Positions 16,175 through 26,449 are shown, counted from the first letter of the stretch. The stretch is DNA of 64,000 bases from Meyerozyma guilliermondii (GCA_051546255.1 CP128819.1:744001-808000); one strand, 5' to 3'. Translations and numbers: made by a program. Notes: generated by a model from the sequence alone, not told the origin.

Positions 16175-16383
16175 TCGTTGTCGCGATGAGGTCTGGAAAT
16201 GCAAAATCTAGATTATGGAAACACACACAAATTCGGTACTGTTTTGTTTCTGGGGTGAACGATGAAATGAAAAGTGATGAATATTAAATGACTGTGTTTT
16301 GAAGAGCTGTTAATATGATTCATATAACTTTTGCGAATTGCGCAGTTTGTAGCACCCACCCAGGGAGTTCTTTCAGATACTTC

Positions 16384-16456
16384 GCCTGCGTAGCGTAATG
16401 GTTAACGCGTTTGACTTCTAATCAAAAGATTGCGGGTTCGACTCCCGCCGTGGGTT
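16384..16456 (+). tRNA. tRNA-Arg(UCU), first cistron of a dimer
   Basis: 73-nt cloverleaf GCCTGCG...CGTGGGT-T, anticodon arm TTTGA-CTTCTAA-TCAAA, T arm GCGGG-TTCGACT-CCCGC. Confidence 0.96.
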
Positions 16457-16465
16457 CCATACTGT

Positions 16466-16555
16466 GCGGATTTAGCTCAGTTGGGAGAGCGCCAGACTGA
16501 AGTACACTTCGGTCTTGAAATCTGGAGGTCCTGTGTTCGATCCACAGAATTCGCA
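16466..16555 (+). tRNA. tRNA-Phe(GAA) with 17-nt intron (16503-16519)
   Basis: Exons match the classic yeast tRNA-Phe sequence (GCGGATTTAGCTCAGTTGGGAGAGCGCCAGACTGAAG / ATCTGGAGGTCCTGTGTTCGATCCACAGAATTCGCA). The intron lies after position 37. Confidence 0.97.
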
Positions 16556-16560
16556 TCTTC

Positions 16561-16567
16561 TTTTTTT
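16561..16567 (+). terminator. Pol III terminator (T7) after the tRNA dimer
   Basis: TTTTTTT lies 6 nt after tRNA-Phe. There is no T-run between the two tRNAs. Confidence 0.85.
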
Positions 16568-16586
16568 GTTTTTGGTCCCATCAGTG

Positions 16587-19418
16587 ATGGATCTAAGCTC
16601 CTTGTCCTTTCCTTATAGCCAGAAAAGCGACCTAATATCGCTTTCCAAAGTGTCTTTCACAAACATAGATGACAGTTTTCGCTACACTTTTGAACTCCAA
16701 AATGGCAAATGCTCCGTCATAACCAAAACAGAAACGTCTTCTGGCACCAAAATCCTCGAAGAGCCATTGGAATTTGTTCAAAATGTGGATTCTGACAATG
16801 TTTCGGCTCCATTATTGACAAAAGTGCCTGCAACCTTTTTCAAAATCAAGCTATCGTTGTATATAAATGGCTTCCTAAATACCACTGATCGAGCTATTTA
16901 TATACTCAAATCTCGAAAAAGTCCCGATATCCACCAGTTACAAGGTGGTTCGTTGCTGCCCTCCACAGAACTATCCAAAATCAATTATCAAAGCTTACCG
17001 CTAACTAGTGGAGAAAAAGACCAAAAAATTGTCATTAATGATACCTTTAGTAACAGTCTCTTCCAAGGGTGTTCATTGACAATCTCACTCTGGGACTACG
17101 ATCCAACAGAAAACTCATATACGCAACTCTTTCAGTTCAAGGTTTATGTTGAAGAAACGAACGATGGTCTCAATGCTGGGGAAGACACAAAACAACCAAC
17201 CGAACCTGCAACAACTAAAGTGTCTGATTTCCGAAAAGCATTCAACTTTCACCTCGAAGATGGGCCCGAATTTCGCAAGATTTTACTGACGTACGAGTCT
17301 GAAGTTCTGCTGTTCCGCAAGAGCTTTGTCGGCTTCAGCGAAGAGATAAAGTTGCTAGAGCATTATCTCAAACGAGTCAACAACTCCAAATCACGGATCA
17401 TCGATTACTTTAACCAGGTCACCTCATTCCAAAAAATTCTCCCTCGTGAACGTATAAAACTGGAGTTTTCCAGCTCATTGGATTCGTTGTTTGACCCATT
17501 CAATCATAATGTTCGGTTTCTCCTCTCGCGAGTGCTTCCGGCCACCATGCTACAGAAAGCCATTACTTATGTTCCTGTGGACAGTGGTGCTAATGCGGAC
17601 TTTTTGGGGTCAGTAGAGCTCTCTCACATCAAGAAGCAATTCGAAGCTCGCTCAAAGGACTACTATAGTTGGTTGAACAAGTACCTTTCCAACGAAAAAG
17701 AACGACCCGAGCTGAAGCTTCTTGCGAAAAGAAAAACTTTCGAGCTCTCCAAATTTGACTACTTGAACCAACTCAACATGGCATTTAATAACCAATATCT
17801 CAACCAAATTCTCGAAAACGTCTTCCGGTTCATTCGCTTGAGCTCCGTTCAAGGTGCTACTATCTTCATAGACACAAAAGCATTCGAAGACAAGTCCCAT
17901 GAATCAGATCTCTTGTCTGATGAGTACACCATCTACTTCAACATTATCTCACGGTTCAACAGTGAAAAGCATCAACTCCGACAATTGATTGAGGCTAGTA
18001 GAACCAACGAGGAGCTCTCGAGTCTCATAGCACAAAATCGTCTCAATCGTACAACCGAAGCTACAGATACAGAACTGAAAACCGAAGATCCGATTGTTAC
18101 AAAGTCCAATATGGATATGGTCTTTCAAAGGTCTTCGGAACCCGATAACGCTGTCACGGCGATTCCAATTAATACTGACCAAATTTCAGAAAAATCGGGT
18201 ATTTTGTTTACTCTAGGTGGACAAGGTAAGCAAGGATGGCACAAGGAATGGATTGTTCTTTCACGAGGACGATTAACGGAATATTCAGATTGGAGACTGG
18301 GGAAATCTCAGGTGAAGAAACCCATAGATATTGCTCTCACAAGCGTCAAAGCAGTGAACCATGATAGACGGCAATATTGCTTCCAGATAAGTACTTCCGA
18401 CGGACACCACCACACGTTTCAAACATTCAATGAAGAAGAGCGTTCGAAATGGCTTCGAGCTCTCTACAATGCTGGCCAACAGGTTGATACTACAAAGCTA
18501 AGAGAGGACCATGGCGAGAAACAAGTGAGAAAAAACCTGGAACGAAGGAAGAACTTAGGTAGATTGAAGACAGCAGGAAACCATGTGGTCAACACTATCA
18601 TACCTGGCCAAACCCATGATTTGTCGGTGTCTCCTGTGTCGATTCATTCCAAGCAAGAAAGTGAGATGGATTATCTTGCAGCCGTGAGATTCAACCCGGA
18701 CGACTTGAACAACATCTGTGCTGACTGTGGCAGTACTGAAGCCGTCGAATGGGTATCCATCAACTTTTTAACGGTGTTTTGTGTACGGTGTTCTTCGTCG
18801 CACCGTAGTTTGGGTTCTCATATCACTCGAATTAAGTCGCTAAAGTTGGACAAATTTGCCAATGAAACTGAAGCACTTTTGAAATACGTGAGTAACCGTA
18901 CTGCCAACAATTATTTGGAGAGTAATTTACCGGCCAAAGAAAAAATTTCCACTAATGTTCTGGATGCGAATCGACTCGAGTTTGTTAAACGAAAATATGT
19001 GTTCAAGTCCTACTCTGAGAAGTACCCCGATGCTGATAACCTATTGGTCAGAGCGATACAAAAGATTAACGTTCCTGATGTCGCTAAATACCTCGCATGT
19101 GGAGCAGATCCCAATATGATCATCAAAATCAATGTGAACAAAGCAAAAGAAGAACCAAGCCAGTTTCGAACCGTGACTTTGTTCGAGTATTCGCTAAGGA
19201 AACTGATTGAGGTCGATACTCCCGTTGGCTCCAAAAAACTATTTGTGGTATCGGAACTTATCATCTTGAATGGTGGAAAGGCTGAAAAGTTCAACAGCAA
19301 TTCTGACACACAAATCAACGAAGACAATGCTTCAGAACTCGGTCTCTCAGAAGAAGCCATAACCTACTGGAAAGCTCGCAGCTTGAGGCTTCAAGGTCTT
19401 AAGAGCCCAACGGCATAA
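16587..19418 (+). CDS. AGE1: ArfGAP with BAR-like and PH domains (Age1/ACAP type)
   Basis: PH domain (SGILFTLGG..WHKEWIVL..ERSKWLRAL) and ArfGAP zinc finger CADCG-x16-CVRC with HRSLG. Adjacent to SPS1, as I recall for S. cerevisiae. First ATG at 16587. Confidence 0.85.
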   Translation: MDLSSLSFPYSQKSDLISLSKVSFTNIDDSFRYTFELQNGKCSVITKTETSSGTKILEEPLEFVQNVDSDNVSAPLLTKVPATFFKIKLSLYINGFLNTTDRAIYILKSRKSPDIHQLQGGSLLPSTELSKINYQSLPLTSGEKDQKIVINDTFSNSLFQGCSLTISLWDYDPTENSYTQLFQFKVYVEETNDGLNAGEDTKQPTEPATTKVSDFRKAFNFHLEDGPEFRKILLTYESEVLLFRKSFVGFSEEIKLLEHYLKRVNNSKSRIIDYFNQVTSFQKILPRERIKLEFSSSLDSLFDPFNHNVRFLLSRVLPATMLQKAITYVPVDSGANADFLGSVELSHIKKQFEARSKDYYSWLNKYLSNEKERPELKLLAKRKTFELSKFDYLNQLNMAFNNQYLNQILENVFRFIRLSSVQGATIFIDTKAFEDKSHESDLLSDEYTIYFNIISRFNSEKHQLRQLIEASRTNEELSSLIAQNRLNRTTEATDTELKTEDPIVTKSNMDMVFQRSSEPDNAVTAIPINTDQISEKSGILFTLGGQGKQGWHKEWIVLSRGRLTEYSDWRLGKSQVKKPIDIALTSVKAVNHDRRQYCFQISTSDGHHHTFQTFNEEERSKWLRALYNAGQQVDTTKLREDHGEKQVRKNLERRKNLGRLKTAGNHVVNTIIPGQTHDLSVSPVSIHSKQESEMDYLAAVRFNPDDLNNICADCGSTEAVEWVSINFLTVFCVRCSSSHRSLGSHITRIKSLKLDKFANETEALLKYVSNRTANNYLESNLPAKEKISTNVLDANRLEFVKRKYVFKSYSEKYPDADNLLVRAIQKINVPDVAKYLACGADPNMIIKINVNKAKEEPSQFRTVTLFEYSLRKLIEVDTPVGSKKLFVVSELIILNGGKAEKFNSNSDTQINEDNASELGLSEEAITYWKARSLRLQGLKSPTA

Positions 19419-19485
19419 GTATGTTTGTGGTCCCGCACCATAGGTAAAGGTGTCTGTGTTCTCGCGATTGCAAACTGCTTTTGCT

Positions 19486-20730
19486 ATGGCAAACAAGTAC
19501 TGTCTAGAAAAGTGCATAGGGAGAGGCAACTTTGGAGATGTCTATAAGGCTGCATGCAAACGCTCGGGCAAGGTTGTTGCCGTTAAAGTGGTCAACCTTG
19601 ATGAATCGTTGGAAGATATGTTCTTCATGGTGCAAGAGATTCAATTTTTGTCATTGATGCGTTCACCTTATATTGTGCAATACTTGGAATCGTTTGTAGA
19701 AAACTCCAATATGTGGATTATCATGGAGTATTGTGGCGGCGGTTCTGTCGCCGATGTGTTGAGGTATTGCAAAAAATTTGATGAGAACATTGCTGCGTAT
19801 ATCATCAAATATGTCCTTCTTGGCCTCAGTTACCTCCACAAGCAAAAGACCGTACACAGAGATGTCAAGCTGGCCAATGTATTGGTGACAACTGACGGGA
19901 CGATCAAGTTGGCTGATTTTGGAGTCAGTGGAGAAATGTCGTTTACCACCAACAAAAGAAGCACTTTTGTGGGAACCCCGTACTGGATGGCACCAGAAGT
20001 GATTGTGCATTCGAAGCTGGGCTACAACGAAAAGGCAGATATCTGGTCTACCGGCATCACCACCATTGAACTTATCAAGGGTGATCCCCCTTTAGCCGAT
20101 TACGATCCCATGAAGATTTTATTCAAAATACCAAAACAGGAACCTCCGTTATTGACGGGTGATAAGTATAGCGATGAGCTCAAGGGTTTCTTGGAGAAAT
20201 GTCTAGTGAAGAATCCACGCAAGCGGTCCAGTAGCACTGAATTATTGGACCATCCATTTATTGGTATTGCTGCGGAACAGCAGGATTTTTGCAAACTTCT
20301 CCGAAGACGACGCACCAGTTTCTTGGATAAATACAGAAGGCGGCCCCGAAACCCCATTAAAAGTGATACTGGAGCTGGGCCCTTGATCAATTGGGACTTT
20401 CTGTCCGATGGTATTCACGCCAATGCATTGAGCGATGCTCGTCTGTCGCCTGAAGGCAGCGGAGGGCTTCTGTCCCAGAACACCCCCGAGACAGCAGCAA
20501 CTACTCCCGCATCTGGTCGGTTGGTAGTTTTGGATAATTATGGTGATTTGGTACATCTTTGTCTTGAAAGAGTCAAGGCACGGGCAAGCCTGATCACTAT
20601 TGGCCAGTCGTTGGACCCATTAGAAACGCTAATCAAGGAGATCGAAGACAAGCACCCTGGATTCTGTCGGGCTATGGTGATGGAAATTGTCCATGTGTAC
20701 TCCAAGGTGCATCATCGTAAGAGTGAATAG
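19486..20730 (+). CDS. SPS1: Ste20/GCK-family Ser/Thr kinase (sporulation kinase)
   Basis: Motifs IGRGNFGDVYKA, VAVK, HRDVKSANVL (CTG=Ser), DFG and FVGTPYWMAPEV. N-terminal kinase domain, located next to AGE1. Confidence 0.8.
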   Translation: MANKYCLEKCIGRGNFGDVYKAACKRSGKVVAVKVVNLDESLEDMFFMVQEIQFLSLMRSPYIVQYLESFVENSNMWIIMEYCGGGSVADVLRYCKKFDENIAAYIIKYVLLGLSYLHKQKTVHRDVKLANVLVTTDGTIKLADFGVSGEMSFTTNKRSTFVGTPYWMAPEVIVHSKLGYNEKADIWSTGITTIELIKGDPPLADYDPMKILFKIPKQEPPLLTGDKYSDELKGFLEKCLVKNPRKRSSSTELLDHPFIGIAAEQQDFCKLLRRRRTSFLDKYRRRPRNPIKSDTGAGPLINWDFLSDGIHANALSDARLSPEGSGGLLSQNTPETAATTPASGRLVVLDNYGDLVHLCLERVKARASLITIGQSLDPLETLIKEIEDKHPGFCRAMVMEIVHVYSKVHHRKSE

Positions 20731-21287
20731 TGATTACAGTATGAACAAGAAAAAGCGAAGGTAAAATGATTAAGAAGTGCAGCAGAAGCTTAGAGTAGGT
20801 GCAGAATGAGATTGTCAAATTCACAAATTTATAATAGAAGTTGGAGAGCAGTACTCGCGGAAGAAAGGTTGCAAATTCAGAAAAATATTATGATGAGAAA
20901 CATCTTTCATCGCAAATTATGGTAACATCTTCAAATCGCAAAGCAAGAAACATCACTAGAATTTGTCTCCTATATTGTATTTATTGTATTTGTTTAAGCC
21001 TTTATCAGTTCGCACCGGCTATTATAACTTAACCGCGCAACCATTTCGCAACGCGACAGGCATTGCTACAATGTTAAGGCGCCTCCACCGCGTTTCGCGC
21101 ATTTCCTGCACCAAAGCGCAAGATACCCTTCAGCTGTATAAACATACTAAAGACCGTCATCACTGTTTGTACTTGAAAATCTATTGATTTCTCGGCGTGT
21201 GGACGCCCTAATTCTTGACCATTGTATCTTTGCACCATCACCATATTCATCATATCATACAAAAAGTTTTTGCTTTCTTGCTCATAG

Positions 21288-23864
21288 ATGACCGGTCCTC
21301 CACACACTCCACGTTCTTCGGGGCCCCGAGCTGCTATAACGCCCTCTTTTAGCTTCGGCTTTGGGTTCCTGCCATCATTCCAGTTCAGCCCTTCAAGACT
21401 CATTTCTCCACAGCGTTTTTTTCAGGTGGGACTGGCGGGATCGACTCTTGCAAGGGCCATCGAGCCGAAAGAACCGCTTTCAAATAACAATACTGGCGTC
21501 TTTTCCGAGTCCAACGAACTCCAAGTACCCGCCAACGGAACCTCGTCGGCTAATGACTCGCTCAACGACAGTCTTTGGTCCATAAACTCGTCACAACATG
21601 TGACTGGGATCTCTTCAATCTACGAAGAAGAGCCTGAAAACAAACCTTACGCGACCCCAATCAAGTTGATCGTCACGAAAAGCCCCGAGAAACAACCGGG
21701 GGTGACAACCGGCCCAAATAACCCCTTTGACGTGTCGGCAAACTCACCGGACTCCGAATCGGCAGCCTTCGAAGATGGTGCCGCAACCGCTACTCAAGCC
21801 CCAGGAAGATCCCAATTAGAGCAATTGGCGTCGGCGAAGAGAAGACGCATACAGAAAACACCCTACCAGGGTCTTGACGACAGTCCCGATGATCAGAATG
21901 GCCCCGGTGGTCACGATCAGGCAGAGAGAGTGTGGACCAGCGAACTAGACAAGGTGCTTTATCTGGCGTATTTGACGTACAAGGAGTTCAAACAGACTCA
22001 TGGTGACTCACCCGGCTTCAAGACCACATCCCAAAACAACATTCTCTCAACTATGATCTTCAACAAAACAGGAAGCAGACGTACATCCAAACAAATTGCA
22101 TCCCGTCTCCATAGACTTCTCAGACAGACCAAACCATCATTTACTCAGTTGCCGACGGTGGAAATCCCTCAGTCAGTGCTTACATCAAGTGAAGAAGTGT
22201 CACCACTTCATACCACCAGCAAGCAGATGCATGATGATATGAGTTCATTGCTTGTGTCTTCACCATTTCCTGAAACTTCCATTGACGAAAAGTACGTGTT
22301 GACACCATCGGACATTACCATTGCTTATATCAATCGGATAGATGCCACCAAATCCATTCAATTCACCAAGCTTCTGTCAGTAAATGATAGAACGATGGAC
22401 ATTAGTCAGATGCGTGAGCTTCTTACGCCGCCAGTGAATGAACTTTTCAAAGACTCATTCCTCTCAAAAACAAGCTCGAAGGGCATATCAATAAGTCATA
22501 TTCAGCATTGCATCAACATCAGCACCCACAGCCTGTCGCCTCATTCGGCGTCTTCTCCTCTTGGGTCATTATCTACCGATGATGGATACTTTAAAGCAAA
22601 TATCAAGATTCGTGTCGAAGCAAACCGCCCTCCAAACAGCGTCCTTGCATGGAAATGTTACACCCAGATATTCAAAGAAGATCAAAGCATTCTCAAATAT
22701 AATGAAGATGTGAATGCCTATCCATTAGGAGAAAAGTATGAGCTTCCCATATCGTTTCTGAAACAGTTTTGGTCAGGATACCTAACTTACATGCAAAATG
22801 GTGGCTATGACGAAAGTTCAATGAATGAGCTTTCTATCGTACAAGTGATATATTTTGGTGATGGTGACTTTGATCCAGCAAAGTCCACTGTGTGTGGAAT
22901 TTTATCCCATGTTTTCTCAATCCAGCTAAATTCCGAAGGAAAGTCTGATGTTACGACTATCAAACTAGCAGATAGCAAAGCCAAAGGATCCTTCTCTGAA
23001 GAACAACTGGTGATGTCTGCTCCTCCTCCGCTCAAAGTGGAACCATGTCAGCGTCCCAAGTTTGATGGACCAGTCAGTGCTCCGATTTACAATGCATCGA
23101 TTGTGACTAATTTGAATCAAGAGTTAATCAGAAAACAAGAGGAGTTCAAAAGGGGAGATATCTCTCCAGGGCGTTCCATGTCCATCTACAGTCCTTTCTC
23201 CGGACAGCCTACTCCCCGACATTTTAGCACTTCAACACCAGCCAAAGACCTGCCTGGTTTATACAAGCAACCAATGCCCCAAGGACATATGATACACCGT
23301 AATATGCAGCCATATCCTCAACCGGGCCTTGATAATGGTATGAACCGAGAGCAAGCCTTTCAACTTTATCAGCACCTTCCTCAACAAATGCACCACTACC
23401 AAGCACCTCCACAGCAAGTCAATGTCATGCAAAATATGATTCCAATGAGTCAAGACCCACAACAAATGCCGCAAGAAATGCAGCAGAATATCATGAATCA
23501 ACACAGGTTAATGATGCAATATCAAGCACAATATCCACCAGTGTTGCAGCCAACCATAACGGTGCCCAACTCAGCCCCTGCATCACAAACGTATTTCTTC
23601 CAAGGTTCCGAACGTCAGCCAGTGGCAGCGCCACCTCCTACGAAACCTACGGCTTCGTCATCTTACCATCCACCATTGTCTACAACCGACACCAACAAGT
23701 CCAAGCCAATGGAAATCACATTCGTACCAATTCTTGAGTATGATCCTTCGAAGAACATCCCCAAAAAGCAGCGTATACCATCCAACTCGTCAGTCAATAA
23801 GATTGGCATGGGAGTTCATCGGTATGCACAGGTAAGTATGTACGAACCAAACAAGAAGAAATAG
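21288..23864 (+). CDS. Putative transcription factor with a divergent TEA/ATTS domain and Q/M/P-rich C-terminus
   Basis: VWTSELD...SQNNILSTMIFNKTGSRRTSKQIASRL resembles the TEA pattern W....E..F / GRNELIS.YI..KT...RT.KQISSH. Long Q-rich low-complexity tail. Confidence 0.65.
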   Translation: MTGPPHTPRSSGPRAAITPSFSFGFGFLPSFQFSPSRLISPQRFFQVGLAGSTLARAIEPKEPLSNNNTGVFSESNELQVPANGTSSANDSLNDSLWSINSSQHVTGISSIYEEEPENKPYATPIKLIVTKSPEKQPGVTTGPNNPFDVSANSPDSESAAFEDGAATATQAPGRSQLEQLASAKRRRIQKTPYQGLDDSPDDQNGPGGHDQAERVWTSELDKVLYLAYLTYKEFKQTHGDSPGFKTTSQNNILSTMIFNKTGSRRTSKQIASRLHRLLRQTKPSFTQLPTVEIPQSVLTSSEEVSPLHTTSKQMHDDMSSLLVSSPFPETSIDEKYVLTPSDITIAYINRIDATKSIQFTKLLSVNDRTMDISQMRELLTPPVNELFKDSFLSKTSSKGISISHIQHCINISTHSLSPHSASSPLGSLSTDDGYFKANIKIRVEANRPPNSVLAWKCYTQIFKEDQSILKYNEDVNAYPLGEKYELPISFLKQFWSGYLTYMQNGGYDESSMNELSIVQVIYFGDGDFDPAKSTVCGILSHVFSIQLNSEGKSDVTTIKLADSKAKGSFSEEQLVMSAPPPLKVEPCQRPKFDGPVSAPIYNASIVTNLNQELIRKQEEFKRGDISPGRSMSIYSPFSGQPTPRHFSTSTPAKDLPGLYKQPMPQGHMIHRNMQPYPQPGLDNGMNREQAFQLYQHLPQQMHHYQAPPQQVNVMQNMIPMSQDPQQMPQEMQQNIMNQHRLMMQYQAQYPPVLQPTITVPNSAPASQTYFFQGSERQPVAAPPPTKPTASSSYHPPLSTTDTNKSKPMEITFVPILEYDPSKNIPKKQRIPSNSSVNKIGMGVHRYAQVSMYEPNKKK

Positions 23865-24043
23865 CATCAATGTACGATATAAGTATGACAAAAAAAAAAC
23901 CAAGAAAAACCACTTATAATTTTTCAACACACTCATGCCATGCGTCTCTCTATTACTTTACTACATGACTACAATACTTTACCACTTTTCTGTGCTACCT
24001 TTTTTCCCCACCTCATCTCACTCAATTTGTTTGTGAATAAAAT

Positions 24044-24054
24044 CGCGTCCGCGT
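24044..24054. promoter_or_regulatory. Two MCB-like cores (ACGCG on the minus strand) upstream of EXO1
   Basis: CGCGTCCGCGT lies ~40-50 bp before the EXO1 ATG. G1/S DNA-metabolism genes are typical MBF targets. Confidence 0.45.
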
Positions 24055-24092
24055 ATTTCATCTTACAACTACCTCCAACCAACACAAGTAGT

Positions 24093-25847
24093 ATGGGTGT
24101 CACTGGACTTTTGCAACATTTGAAAGAGATCCAGGAACCCTCTAATCTTGCCTCATACAAAGGCAAAACATTGGCTGTAGATACCTACGGATGGTTGCAT
24201 CGTGGGCTCATTTCTTGTGCCCAAGAACTTTGTCAAAATCAACCCACACGAAAATACGTCAATTCGGTGATTAAAAAAGTCGATATGCTTCGTCATTTTG
24301 GGGTGGAGCCTTACTTGGTGTTTGATGGAGCATATCTTCCTACAAAGGCAGAAACAGCAAAAGAACGTAGGATTAAACGAGAGGAAGCACAGCAAAAAGC
24401 CGACCTCCTCCTAAAACGAGGAGATAGAAAACTGGCATGGAAAGAGTTCATGAAAGCTGCTGGGGTCACACCGGAGATGGCCAAGTCCATCATGGTGGAG
24501 TTGGATGCCAGAAAAGTCAAGTATGTGGTGGCTCCATACGAAGCTGATCCACAAATGGTTTACTTGGAAAAAATTGGCGCTGTTGATGGAATATTATCAG
24601 AAGATTCCGATTTGCTTATATTCGGGTGCCAGCGTCTTATTACAAAGCTTAATGATTACGGAGAATGCGTGGTGATTGACCGTGCAAACTTTCCCAAAGT
24701 CAAGAAGATTCCACAATTGTCAAGTTATACTCAACAACAATTGAGACTTGTGGCCATGCTAGCGGGTTGTGACTATACTAAAGGAATTCCTGGCATTGGT
24801 TTAAAGACGGCATTCACACTCGTTTGGAAACATGGAGACCTAAACAGCGTTCTCTCGGCATTGGACGCCGAGGGAAAAGTCCCTGACACATTTGCCGACG
24901 AAGTCTTCAATGCAGACCTTGCGTTCCAGTTTCAAAAGGTGTTTGATCCGTTTGAAAAATCACTCAAGACATTGAACGAATATCCTAGTGATCTTGGCAT
25001 CGCTATCGAGAAAATTGAAGCTTGTTGCGGACAAACTCTTGATGGTGATCTCCATTACCGCATATGTAGGGGTCATGTCCACCCCAATACTCATGAACCA
25101 CTCATTTCCAGGGAGCACAATATCACTTTGAAGAGCAAATCAATGACCGTGGAAACAACTTCCACAAGAAAAACCTCCATCGAACAATACTTCTCAAGCA
25201 ACATGGTACAGAGCACACCAAAGAAGAGCGCCCTGACGTCAGCCATTCAAAAGGTTTCACCTGTCAGTAAGAAAATTCTGAAAGTGATCTCGTCTGCACG
25301 TAGTCCTCAAGCTTTACAAACCAGCAAGTTCTTCGTCAAAGCAACATCACAAAAAGAAACTCAAGTGGTCAAATCTCTTCAAACAAAAACCACGATTTCT
25401 GAGCCCACCAGACCACGGAAATTGGAACCAGTATCTGATTCGAGTTTGATGGAGGATTCGGATCTTCCCGACGAATTTTCTTCGCCTTTCAAGATGAAGG
25501 TTATGGGTACTATGGAAGAGGTTGATACTGATGAGGACAGAGAAGAAGTCAAAAAGGCAGCTCTGGCCGACTTTGATGTCAATGAGTCAGACGATGACAT
25601 ACAAGAGTCGCCAGTAAAATCGACCCATCTTGCAAGTGTGGGCAAATTGTTACGTCAACATTATCTGTGTGGGTCTGAATCCGTCGTTGATAAACAAGCG
25701 CTTCTTGGTAGAAGACCGCTCCAGGCGATAGACCACAATAAAAAGAGGACCAATGAGGATAATACTCAAAAGACCAAGAGACCCAAACCTTCAGGACCTG
25801 TTCAACTGGGCACCACAAAACTTCAAAGATTTGCATTCACAAGATAA
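24093..25847 (+). CDS. EXO1: Exonuclease 1 (XPG/Rad2 family)
   Basis: Motifs MGVTGLL, LAVDTYGWLHRG, VFDG, VAPYEADPQM, SEDSDLL and GCDYTKGIPGIGLKTA. SKFF MIP-box-like motif in the tail. Confidence 0.96.
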   Translation: MGVTGLLQHLKEIQEPSNLASYKGKTLAVDTYGWLHRGLISCAQELCQNQPTRKYVNSVIKKVDMLRHFGVEPYLVFDGAYLPTKAETAKERRIKREEAQQKADLLLKRGDRKLAWKEFMKAAGVTPEMAKSIMVELDARKVKYVVAPYEADPQMVYLEKIGAVDGILSEDSDLLIFGCQRLITKLNDYGECVVIDRANFPKVKKIPQLSSYTQQQLRLVAMLAGCDYTKGIPGIGLKTAFTLVWKHGDLNSVLSALDAEGKVPDTFADEVFNADLAFQFQKVFDPFEKSLKTLNEYPSDLGIAIEKIEACCGQTLDGDLHYRICRGHVHPNTHEPLISREHNITLKSKSMTVETTSTRKTSIEQYFSSNMVQSTPKKSALTSAIQKVSPVSKKILKVISSARSPQALQTSKFFVKATSQKETQVVKSLQTKTTISEPTRPRKLEPVSDSSLMEDSDLPDEFSSPFKMKVMGTMEEVDTDEDREEVKKAALADFDVNESDDDIQESPVKSTHLASVGKLLRQHYLCGSESVVDKQALLGRRPLQAIDHNKKRTNEDNTQKTKRPKPSGPVQLGTTKLQRFAFTR

Positions 25848-25879
25848 AGTCACCATGATATCGTACATTAACTGATATA

Positions 25880-26449
25880 TTATAAGCCACGAAGATGGCA
25901 GGCGCTGATAGCCAATCTGGTTAGCGTTGGGTAGGAATCGGCGCCTACAGCGTCGTTGAGCTTATAAAGTTTTTTGAACTTGGAGACATCAACGAACGAA
26001 GACAATGTCTCATCTTCAATTTTTATATTTTCGGGCCTGGAATCGGAAGACAACAAGCCTTCAAGATGCTGGTTTACGGTTGCAAAATTCTCGTTTCCGG
26101 TAGTGATGTGAACGACTATGACACTGGAACATCCTTCTTCAACTCCAAAAGAACGAAATGCATCAGTTATCTTGTTTGTGGGAGAGAGATTGAATATAAT
26201 CTCGGTGTTCAATGTCTTTGCTTTCATACAATCAAACTCCTTGTTTAGTATGGACTTGTGGATACTGTTCAAAAGTAATTCTTGAGAAAGAATGAAGTTG
26301 GTATTTAAGAAGCAAAAATCATAATTCTTGTCCGCTGCCACAAGATGTTCTTTAACCTCCTTGAGCTTCTCGGCGCTCACGCCTGTGAAGCATGTGGCAA
26401 ATATGCGATATTGTGGGAATTGAGGAAAACTATACGTTGAATACACCAT
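25880..26449 (-). CDS. CGI121: KEOPS complex subunit Cgi121
   Basis: MKAKTLNTEIIFNLSPTNKITDAFRSFG and the C-terminal KKLYKL pattern; ~190 aa. Confidence 0.9.
   Translation of the reverse strand: MVYSTYSFPQFPQYRIFATCFTGVSAEKLKEVKEHLVAADKNYDFCFLNTNFILSQELLLNSIHKSILNKEFDCMKAKTLNTEIIFNLSPTNKITDAFRSFGVEEGCSSVIVVHITTGNENFATVNQHLEGLLSSDSRPENIKIEDETLSSFVDVSKFKKLYKLNDAVGADSYPTLTRLAISACHLRGL

Noticed and set aside
16515..16586. N-terminal extensions in the ORF track (also STE11, EXO1, DCR2, COY1, DPH6, SPS1, CGI121)
   Set aside because: They start at TTG/GTG or upstream of the conserved N-terminus, and here the extension overlaps tRNA-Phe.
19419..19485. GTATGT just after the AGE1 stop as a possible SPS1 5' intron
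   Set aside because: No branch point (CTAAC) before the SPS1 ATG.
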